This document shows positions 53,508 to 64,000 of a DNA stretch of 64,000 bases, piece after piece; positions within the stretch are counted from its first letter, which is position 1; each line of letters begins with the position of its first letter. Below the pieces are notes generated by a model that saw only the letters and a program-made list of their open reading frames with translations, did not search any database and was not told the origin of the DNA. This DNA is from Bugula neritina. Its lineage: Eukaryota > Animalia > Bryozoa. The position numbers were made by a program, and so were the translations under genes. The stretch is taken from positions 2,914,001-2,978,000 of the forward strand of contig OZ037772.1 of NCBI GenBank assembly GCA_964035545.1, read 5' to 3'.

Positions 53508-54556
53508 ACCCTGAGAACTGTGCGTGTGGCTTCACCTGCGAGTGTGGTGCCTGTGTTGGGATATGTGACCTTGACAGAGACTGTGGGAAGCTGCTGATCT
53601 GTTTGGAGAAAAGATGTTATCAGCAGGCCTCACCAGATGACAGAACTGTTGTCTGGGATCTTTATCACTCTGAACTAGTAGAATGTTCTTCAGGTTTGAA
53701 TACGAAATCGTTGACCTTTGCTCCATTGCAGTTTAAAAGTGCTTTTTGTTGTATTTATATCTGTGCTGGCCAGGATTTTTGAATGATTTTTGTAATGTAT
53801 TTACGTAACAGACTGTAAAATTAAAGCTGAATTGCTTTATTTTCTATATATTTTGTTTGTGATTATCAGCATTTTTATTTGTAGAGATAAAATTTATCAA
53901 AAGAGTTTCATACACTTGTATTTACTTAGACTCGGGCTGTGTTGGTGTGTGTGTGTGGGGGGGACTTTGCTCAGACACCTGAAAGTACGAGCTGTCATGC
54001 ACACTTGGCAGGACGTGTCAAGGTGGCAGGTGCTTCTATCCGTGTACTGACAACACAGCCTGTCCTAGTGATGGACAGATCTGTCACCATGGTGTCTGTA
54101 AAGAGGGCTGTCAGGTGAGTAGTCACTATGACTTATACTGCGAGTTATTGATGACTTTTATACTTTTATACTTGGATCAGAGGCATAGGTATTGCTTAGT
54201 ATAAGTTATACTATTACCATATATAAACAGAATGACAGATGAACTGACTGACTGACTGACTGACTGACTGGACAGACTGACAGGTAAACAGATTAGTAAC
54301 TATCGATCACATATATAGTCAAGCTACCAACTGAGACCCAGACTGTGTTTTGATTTAGCATATACTGGTATATGATATCTTTCTACAATGTGTTTACAGT
54401 CCATCTGCAGAGTTTACTCTACAAAGTATAGTTTCATCGGATGGACTCACTCTACTTACGTGTAAGACTCATCAAGAATGTCTACCCAATCAGATCTGTG
54501 TTAACGAGGTGTGCACACTGACGTGTAAATGTGACTCTGAGTGTGCATCCAACCAG
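53508..54556 (+). pseudogene. Three exons encoding Cys-rich ~21-aa repeats (Dumpy DPY/EB-module-like extracellular protein), decayed
   Basis: 53508-~53626 CACGFTCECGACVGICDLDRDCGKLLICLEKRC; 53930-54114 ..DT*KYELSCTLGRTCQGGRCFYPCTDNTACPSDGQICHHGVCKEGCQ; 54400-54556 ..CKTHQECLPNQICVNEVCTLTCKCDSECASNQ. Spacing is C-x5-C-x5/6-C-x4-C-x3-C. TGA at 53980. Confidence 0.72.
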
Positions 54557-56431
54557 GTTAGATACTGCATACATGTCTCTATCCTAGCAGCTAATTGTAC
54601 GACCGTATATGGGAGTATGCAATTGTATGTCCAAATATGGGAGTATTAATCTCTGTGGACATATATGGTAGCGAATGTCCTTGTGCATTTCCATATTTGG
54701 CAATATGTATATCCGTGACCATATATGGTATGAACATATTTTATGGCAAACTGTTTCTTTGATGCATGTAGCTGTATGCGTTTTATGACCATATTATATA
54801 ACAGCAATGTGAATAACAGTTGATGAATGTATGCATTTCTATGACCTTATAGCTGTATATTTCTTCATGACTGTATTTAGTAGTAAACTATCTCTTTGTT
54901 CATGATATAATATCTATTAGGCAGATTTTCTATTACACATCAGGTCTACTCTGACAGTAACCTGTATACATATAGATATCATTTACTGACTGAATGTTTT
55001 TCCTAACATCGCCCATAGCCTTTTTCGTGGCTCGAACCTATTATTTCGTGTTTACTAGGCAAACCCTCGAAAACCCCTAGACCATGTCTGCCACATGTTA
55101 TTTATTTATATGGGTGTCAGTGTGAAGTTCCGGTTTGTGGGAGATCCTGGTTAAATTGGACCACAAGGACCCAGCTGACGAGACGGAGAAAATGGAGCTC
55201 CTGGTTTACAGGTATTTCACAAACTATTCTGAAACTCCTACTTTTTTTGTTCATTGTTTATGTATTATCCACCATGTTTTTACTAGAAGTAAACTTTAAT
55301 TCAGTAATAAGTTTAAAATAAATTGTTGTTTGGCATTGTACAGTCTATTATTGCCTGAATCTTGTTATGAGAATATTGGCTGGCTTGACAATATCAGTGC
55401 AGCGATGTGATTAGCTTTACAATATCAGAGCAGGGATGTTATTAGCTTTACAATATCAGAGTAGGGATGTTATTGGCTACTCTGTTCTGTTCTGCAGGGC
55501 TTCAGAGGAGACGAGGGGAAACGGGATTGCCCTGTGCTGTAGGAGACGCTGGAAAACCCGGACCTCAATGTCCAATGGGAGAGAGCCGGTCGACTGGGCT
55601 CAAGAGATTCCTCGGACCAGTCGGTGCTCCTGGTTATCCTGACCTGCAAGAACCAAGGTTGGTGAATAATATTTTTGTGGGGCTCACTGCTTGTGTGGGA
55701 GTTGTCTCCTCTGAAATATTTGGAAATATCGCTTGAGTTCCTTGCCCTGTATTATCAGTTAGCCACGCCTAGGTGTTTCACAGTTCATTACAGGGTTGGG
55801 GTAATTGTAATTTGTAATTGTAATATGTTGTATTTAATTACATTTTTTCAAGTAATTGAATGTAATTTGTAATTGATGTATAAAAATGTAATTGTAATTG
55901 TAATTAATTACATATCTAATGTAATTGATTTTTACAACTACATCTCAATTACTTCAAACTTTTAAATCTTAAAAAAATCATTCTTTTTTAACATACCAGT
56001 GCAGCGATGTGATTGGCTTAACAATATCAGTGCAGTGATGTGATTGGCTACTCTGTTCTGTTCTGCAGGGCCATGCCTACTTGTATTATGTGTTAATCTT
56101 GTTTTGCAGTGAACAGAAAGGGATAATGGGTCCCAAAAGACATCCGGGATCTTACCATGGAGAGGAAGGGTTCACCCGATGTTGATGGCCTGCCTGGTAT
56201 ATCCGGCAATCCTGGAGGTGCAGGAGAAAGGAGACCACCTTGTTTGTCAGGAGATACCGGACTTTTTGGAGAACCAGGTAATGTTTATGCTCAATTGAGT
56301 TCAATCTGTCAAGTTGAGTTGGGATCTTTTTCGTTTTCATTATTTTATGTTTGTTATATGGAAAAGGGGAAAACTCTATCTTGGAGCATTTTTGTTTTTT
56401 CAGAGAGCTTTGGATTATTTGATTATGGTCT

Positions 56432-56586
56432 ACACAGGGGTGTAGACAAACTAAACTAGACAGGGGTGTAGACAGAATAAAATACACAGGGCTGTAAACA
56501 GACTAAACTACACAGGGGTGTAGACAGACTAAACTACATAGGGGTGTAGACAGACTAAATTACACAGGGGTGTAGACAGACTAAAC
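56432..56586. repeat. 26-bp minisatellite (acaggggtgtagac...), copy B
   Basis: Lies in a collagen intron; matches 19290-19596. Confidence 0.92.
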
Positions 56587-59500
56587 CTACTACGAACGTA
56601 TAACTACCCTGTGTCATGCTGTCATGACGTCTCTATTCTCTCCTATAATTTGACTTTTATTTAGCGAGCAGATTTCTAGTAGGCTATTCTATAGTGACCA
56701 GTCACACTGTTTATTATAGCAACATAGAAATCAAGTTGAAAACTAGTTGCACCTGTTGTGATGCTATCAATGGGTGCTTACAGGTAGAGACGGAGTACCT
56801 GGACCTGTTGAGATCGGTTATCAGGGTAAACAAGGAGATCAAGGTCCTGCAGCTAAGAATGAGGAGTTACTCACCCTTGCTTGTGTATTTCTGTTCTTTT
56901 TAGGTATTCTATAATATGCTGGGGTTTCCCTCACAGCTAGTCTGCACTAAGGAAGGGAGTAAGCTAAGTAATCATATTGAATTCCAGCAGTGCTTGTTAC
57001 TTCAACTGACAGGATTACTGTGTATGATAGTTGCTCTGACTGGTTTTCATGGATTATTTTTACCATACTGTTTACCACATGATGCATTGTCTGAGTAAAA
57101 ACAAGAAAACAAAGAAATATACCAGAAATGTTGAGAAATGTGGTGTTCCAGATTTATTAAATGACCACTTGTAATGCATACTAATGCTGCTTGGTTCATA
57201 GGACCTGTCGAACAAGCTGGAGAACCTGGTCTGTATGGCAGAAATGGAAAGACAGGAGAAACTGCACGAACTGGTATGCCTGGTCCAACCGCCTCAAGGG
57301 GGGTCACTGGAGAACCCGGATCTGATGGAAGGTATTTTTTGTGTTTCACTTCGCCTTATTCAGCTTCTTGGAACTTTTTCCCTGATTTGGTTTTTATAAT
57401 TTGTTATCAATTTTATCAGAAACGGTTTACCTGGAGTACTGGGTGCCGATGGTAAACATGGGGAGCAGGGCGTTCGAAGATCTCCTGGCTCCATGGGTCC
57501 AGTGGGAATCCCCGGTAACCAGGGACCTGAAGGTGCTCAAGGAGACAAGGGTGATAAGGCAGGAACATTCTTTATTCAGTTTTCTATTTATTTCAGTTCT
57601 CTGGTTTTCCACTAGTCAATCCTGTAGTTGTTTATTTGTTTTAGTTTTTTTATGGTAATACTAGAGTTGCTTCAGTGACGCCACATCATGTAATATATTA
57701 CATAACAGTGCAGTATAATACACCATAATATAATATGTCACATAATATAATATTATTACAGAAAATATAATTCAATAATATCTCACAGCTAAGGTGTGTC
57801 TCCTAAATATATTCATTACTATAGGGGCCAGCTGGGCCACAGGGTGTTTTTGGACCAACTGGATTGTCTGGACCAGCGAGTCCACGTGGGCCAACTGGTC
57901 CTCAGGAACCCCAGGGAGCTAAGGGAGTTGCTGGCGAAATGGAACTAAAGGTATGAATTAACTTGAACCAATCGTTGTCCTTAGTTATTGGCCATCAACA
58001 GAATCATGGCTCTAAGAGTTATCCTTCTTGGTAAGAAGGTAAGGCAATTCCTAACTCATGATAATATGAATATCATCTGCTGTTGTAAGACCCACTGGTT
58101 TCCAGGGACCTCAGGGATTCCTCGGAGCTCCCGGTATTGATGGTAAAAGAGGAGATGTCGGATAACTTGGTATTGCTGGACCACCCGGGCTACGGGGTGC
58201 TGATGGCAAAGAAGGAATTACTGGTTTTTCTGGTGCTACGGGACCACCTGGACCTGATGGTGCTAAGGTAAACACTTACACTGTTAACAGGTTATTGTTA
58301 CTCATCTTGTTAGTTTAGTGGTAATAAACCAATAGTCTGTATTTCTAGGGTGAACAAGGGAGAGATGGGGAAATGGGTAGTCCTGGCAGACCTGGACTTC
58401 CTGGACCACCTGGTGAAGCTCCAGTATTTGGTTAGTTATTAGCAAAACCAAGTTATTGTTCATCACTTGTATCTTTTTCATTCTCTTTCAACTGTGTATT
58501 GGTAATATTTTGGGAATTTCATCCATAGCCTGTGATTGAAGCTTTTATTTTATTCTACCATGGGTTATGTTAGGTGCTCCCCCTATGATGATGAGTGCAA
58601 TGATGTCCAACGGTAAAGGTGTACAAGCTGATGATGCAGGCGCCAACAATGAGCTCTATAATATGTACCTCAGTGAGTAATGGCCATGATGTGCTTTGAT
58701 GTTGCCCGATTTGTAGTGGAAAGGGCTTTTTGAATGCTGTTTTGGAACTCAAATGACAGACTCGTTTCAAATTGTTTATGTTTTTGCAAACAAACAATTT
58801 TATAATTAACTGCTAGAAACTATTGTAATAAAAATAGAGACAGCTGTTATAATGTGTTTCTCCTCCTAGCATTGATGATTGACATTCTTGTTTGATGAGT
58901 CACCTATTTAGTTGTTTCTCCAGTTAAATGTTGCTACATTCTGACATATTATATAATGTTGATTTTATTGCTGTTAGCTTACATCACTACTTCCACCTTA
59001 TTTCTCTAGAAACAAAAGTAAGGGGTGGGTCCAAAGACAGCCCTGTTAGAGACTGTAGTGAACTCTTCACTGAAAACCCAGAGTTCAAGAGTGGAACTTA
59101 ATGGGTGAGAGAAGATGCTGATATGTTTCTATTTTCTCTGTTCAGAGGAAATCTGCATCCAAGTCTAATGACTGAAATTTTGTGAACATGTTTTACATTC
59201 TACAATTACTACTCCTGAGATGTCAATATAATGTCATGTGAAGTTTCCACAGATATTTAATGAATTGTTGTTTAGGAAAAAGAGTTTTCCCATGAGTTGC
59301 CTGTATTATATAATTCTGTATATTCAACAGCTGAACGTGTTTTAGTAGTTTTATTTGATATTAGCATTATGTTAGTGTGAAATAGAGAAGTTGTATTCTC
59401 TATTGTTTGTTGTCAGGTAGATCCAGATGGTGGCTCCATAGCTAATGCTATCCAGGCTTACTGTCGCAAGGAAATGAAGAGCACTTGCATCAATGCCAAG

Positions 59501-60170
59501 ACCTCTGAGTTTGCCACCAAATCGTGCGTCACCCAGCAGCTAGATAATCAGCCATTCGTTGCTAAACACATGGAAACAGCACTCGTGAGTGTTTAACTTG
59601 TATCAGCCATGACTTTCTCTGTATTATTTTAAAATATCTAAAAGTTTTTTTGTTGAGCATTTTCGCTATTGTAACATATTTGTTTATTGTATAAGGATGT
59701 TGATAAGTGTTGCTATAGTAACATGTGGGTTTCCTGTATGGATGTTGATAAGTGTTGCTATAGTAACTTGTTGGTTTCCTGTATGGATTGTAGTTTGAGT
59801 ATCAGGCAGAGTTTTCCCAATTCTCAGCTTCCTTCGAATTCACTCTGAGAGAGCAAACCCTGACTTACAGGTAATAGTCACTGCTAGCAGCTTATCAAAT
59901 AGTCACTAGTCGCTAGTCACCAGATATTAGTCCTCTACTATGTTGCTAGTCACTTGATAATCTGAACAATCACAGGCTTCTTCTTAAGCTGAGCGAGTTG
60001 TTGGTATGACTATTCCCTTTGCCGATTGTAGATGTATAAACTCAGTGGCGGTAGAAGACGCATTCGGTAGGAATAATAAGTCAGTCATTTTATATACAGC
60101 TGGGGATAAAGAATACACAGCAACATTTAGCAGCTTCCAATCTTCCGTGCTGCAGAATGATTGCAAGGTA

Positions 60171-60385
60171 TGTAAATCTGACGTATATAATGTAAATCCG
60201 ACCTATATAGCGTAAATCAGACCTATATACTGTAAATCAGACCTATATACTGTGAATCTGACCTATATACTGTAAATCTGACGTATATAATGTAAATCTG
60301 ACCTATATAGTGTAAATTTGATTTATATAGTGTAAATCTGACCTATATAGTGTAAATCTAATCTATATAGTGTAAATTCTACCTA
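60171..60385. repeat. 20-bp minisatellite, copy B
   Basis: Same unit as 23311-23405. Confidence 0.9.
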
Positions 60386-61410
60386 CATATGAACATGATT
60401 GCGATAGTTGCATCTTTTCTTCTATTAAGATGCAATATAGCTTGCCTTTGAGGCTTTTTAACAACTACTTATGAGTTCAACCCAAAAGCCACTTTGATTT
60501 CTGTGCAAGTTTAGAATTTTGAGTTTGCCCTCTGCCATTTTGTAGTATTCCAAATACCATCAGAAGCTCTGACAGTGATTGAGATTGACACCAAGACCTC
60601 CACCCACTTGCCTATTATTGACATAGCTCCTGGTGACATCAGGACCACCCACAAAGAGTTTGGGGTTCAGCTTGGAGAAGTCTGCTTTTCATAGACTCAT
60701 ACCTAACAACAGTTTTATTTGTCTGATTTGTAAGACTGTCCCTGATTAGATAATTAGTGGCCAATCAGAGAATGCAATCAATGTTTGGTTGGCTGAGACC
60801 AGCAGTCTGATTTTTATATAACCTAATTTTTAAATGAAAGATTTGATTACTCTAAATAAATTTATCCGAGACTTCCAAGGCAGTGGCGGTGATTTTTGTA
60901 CATATAAATTTGAAGAAGTTTAGCTATAGGGTTTATGCTGTTTTTTAATTATTCCACCATAACCTGAGATTGTGAGTAGTGATTCTAGAATGAGATAGGG
61001 AGGGTGTTATGCCCCTCCCTATGATTTTATATATTTAGAAACTGTTGTTTGTTTAGCAATTCTGTTGGTGCTACATTTTTGAATTTATTTAATCCAATCA
61101 TTTCTCTAATATTGCAAAATATATTTTACCATACAGCACTACCAACTTATTTCTCAGCTTGTAAATTTCATCATCAAAATTATTATAGTACTAAAGTTGG
61201 TCACAGATTTCTGATAAGCTGCAGTTTTCAGATCTGATTATTTAACCTATTCATCCTGAAATGAGACATTGTTAGTTTAAAATGGAATTTTACATATATT
61301 TTAGTTACTTAGTTCCAACTGTGTTGACCATATGAACATTTTAAATTTTACTTTGGCTGCTATGAAGTATATAAGCAAATGGCATTAAGTTATTAATATA
61401 TAATAAGGTT

Positions 61411-61940
61411 TGCAAAGACTTAATATACCAAGCAACTGTGACAAGACATGACAATAACTCCAGCCAATCATACATAGGACTCTGTTCAACTACCTTCAAA
61501 GCCAGACTCAACAACCATAAAGCCTCTTTCCTACATGCAGATAAAGCCAACAGCACACAACTCAGCAGACACATCCGGGATTTAGAACAAAAATAACACG
61601 AAATTCAGCCTAAAATGGATCATTTTAAAATTTTGTAAATCTTACTAAAACCTAATCAACAGATGTAACTTATGTAGCTATGAGAAATAATTAATTTTTA
61701 AACAACCGGAGTTATCCACTCTCAACAAACGCAAAGAGTGAAGTGTGAAAATTCCATGCTAGTGACCTGCCACACACAGTGCGTGTGTTGCGAGTGCAAA
61801 ATATTATTAGCAAATGATGTTAGCGTTAAACTTTACTGCTCGCCTACAGATGTTTGTTTTTAAACAGCGTCACCGGGCAAAGTAATTTGGATATTATAAA
61901 AGCGGAAATGTAAAATATATAAAACTGTTTTAATTCAGCT
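61411..61940 (+). mobile_element. Penelope-like retroelement 3' remnant (GIY-YIG endonuclease plus 3' flank)
   Basis: CKDLIYQATVTRHDNNSSQSYIGLCSTTFKARLNNHKASFLHADKANSTQLSRHI, then (frameshift) FSLKWIILK..NRCNLCSYEK*LIFKQPELSTLNKRKE. This matches the IY..YIG..FKxRxxNH..SF..STxLS..CxLCxxEK..LNKRxE signature of Penelope-class endonucleases. Confidence 0.85.
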
Positions 61941-64000
61941 CAGTATATTACGTTATACAGTATATTATGTTATACAGTATACTATGTTATACAGTATACT
62001 ATGTTATACAGTATACTATGTTATACAGTATACTATGTTATACAGTATACTATGTTATACAGTATACTATGTTATGCAGTATATTATGTTATACAGTATA
62101 CTATGTTATACAGTATACTATGTTATACAGTATATTATGTTATACAGTATATTATGTTATACAGTATATTATGTTATACAGTATATTATGTTATACAGTA
62201 TATTATGTTATACAGTATACTATGTTATACAGTATACTATGTTATACAGTATATTATGTTATACAGTATACTATGTTATACAGTATATTATGTTATATAG
62301 TATACTATGTTATACAGTATATTATGTTATACATTATATTATGTTATACAGTATATTATGTTATACAGTATACTATGTTATACAGTATACTATGTTATAC
62401 AGTATACTATGTTATACAGTATTTTATGTTATACAGTATACTATGTTATGCAGTATATTATGTTATACAGTATATTATGTTATACAGTATACTATGATAT
62501 ACAGTATACTATGTTACACAGTATATTATGTTATACAGTATATTATGTTATGCAGTATACTAAGTTATACAGCATATTATGTTATACAGTATATTACGCT
62601 ATACAGTATATTATGTTATACAGTATACTATGTCATACAGTATACTATGTTATACAGTATATTATGTTATATAGTATACTATGTTATACAGTATACTAAG
62701 TTATACAGTATATTATGTTATACAGTATATTATGTTATACAGTATACTATGTTATACAGTATACTATGTTATACAGTATACTATGTTATACAGTATTTTA
62801 TGTTATACAGTATACTATGTTATGCAGTATATTATGTTATACAGTATATTATGTTATACAGTATACTATGATATACAGTATACTATGTTACACAGTATAT
62901 TATGTTATACAGTATATTATGTTATGCAGTATACTAAGTTATACAGCATATTATGTTATACAGTATATTACGCTATACAGTATATTATGTTATACAGTAT
63001 ACTATGTCATACAGTATACTATGTTATGCAGTATATTATGTTATACAGTATACTATGTTATACAGTATATTATGTTATACAGTATATTATGTTATACAGT
63101 ATACTATGTTATGCAGTATATTATGTTATACAGTATATTATGTTATACAGTAAACTATGTTATACAGTATAATATGTTACACAGTATACTATGTTACACA
63201 GTATATTATGTTATACAGTATATTATGTTATACAGTATACTAAGTTATACAGCATATTATGTTATACAGTATATTATGTTATACAGTATATTATGTTATA
63301 CAGTATACTATGTTATGCAGTATATTATGTTATACAGTATATTATGTTATACAGTAAACTATGTTATACAGTATACTATGTTATACAGTATACTATGTTA
63401 TACAGTATACTATGTTATACAGTATATTATGTTATACAGTATATTATGTTATACAGTATACTATGTTATACAGTATATTATGTTATACAATATAGTTTGT
63501 CATACAGTATACTATGTTATACAGTATACTATGTTATACATTATATTATGTTATACAGTATATTATGTTATACAGTATATTATGTTATACAGTATACTAT
63601 GTTATACAGCATATTATGTTATACAGTATATTATGTTATACAGTATATTATGTTATACAGTATACTATGTTATACAGTATATTATGTTATACAGTAAACT
63701 ATGTTATACAGTATAATATGTTACACAGTATACTATGTTACACAGTATATTATGTTATACAGTATATTATGTTATACAGTATACTAAGTTATACAGCATA
63801 TTATGTTATACAGTATATTATGTTATACAGTATATTATGTTATACAGTATACTATGTTATGCAGTATATTATGTTATACAGTATATTATGTTATACAGTA
63901 AACTATGTTATACAGTATATTATGTTATACAGTATATTATGTTATACAGTATATTATGTTATACAGTATACTATGTTATACAGTATATTATGTTATACAT
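61941..64000. repeat. 17-bp satellite, copy B (>=120 units, runs off the window)
   Basis: Same unit as 24777-26065, with higher-order periods of 374 and 544 bp. Confidence 0.98.

Larger units (their letters stand above)
55121..60694 (+). pseudogene. Fibrillar collagen pseudogene, copy B
   Basis: Three extra 5' Gly-X-Y exons (~55121-55211, ~55498-55658, ~56110-56277) contain stops and frameshifts. A donor is changed GT>CT at 56853. COLFI has TAA at 59099 and frameshifts near 59820, 59855 and 60556. Confidence 0.92.
31115..64000 (+). repeat. Segmental duplication, copy B (aligned part; the unit also includes ~26067-31114 and runs off the window)
   Basis: Collinear with 1-26066, with copy-specific indels. 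Confidence 0.97.

Noticed and set aside
53980-53982. In-frame TGA at a Cys position read as selenocysteine
   Set aside because: Neighbouring exons are decayed, no SECIS is evident, and the domain is a structural disulfide repeat; a TGY>TGA nonsense change is simpler.

Overview
AT-rich, intron-containing animal genomic DNA, probably a marine invertebrate (the taxon cannot be fixed from sequence alone). The window is a head-to-tail segmental duplication: position 1 aligns to 31115, and copy A (1-~26066) is collinear with copy B (31115-64000, which runs off the end). Each unit carries four things. (i) A + strand TRIM-type E3 ligase gene (RING, two B-box-like zinc fingers, coiled coil, NHL-like beta-propeller). 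(ii) A convergent, 3'-truncated valyl-tRNA synthetase gene fragment. (iii) A decayed fibrillar collagen gene (Gly-X-Y exons plus a COLFI C-propeptide). (iv) A Penelope GIY-YIG remnant followed by a 17-bp satellite. The TRIM gene is the only host gene with an open frame in both copies. Copy B has lost the symmetric 687-bp propeller exon in frame, and the two copies differ by a tight cluster of amino-acid changes in the last propeller blade. Copy-specific events include a piggyBac MITE at TTAA in B and a truncated Harbinger element with an intact spliced MADF gene in A. A ~6.5-kb B-only segment holds a 26-bp satellite and Dumpy/EB-like Cys-rich exons just upstream of the collagen. Gene models were built by eye from GT-AG sites and frame continuity; no database searches were run.
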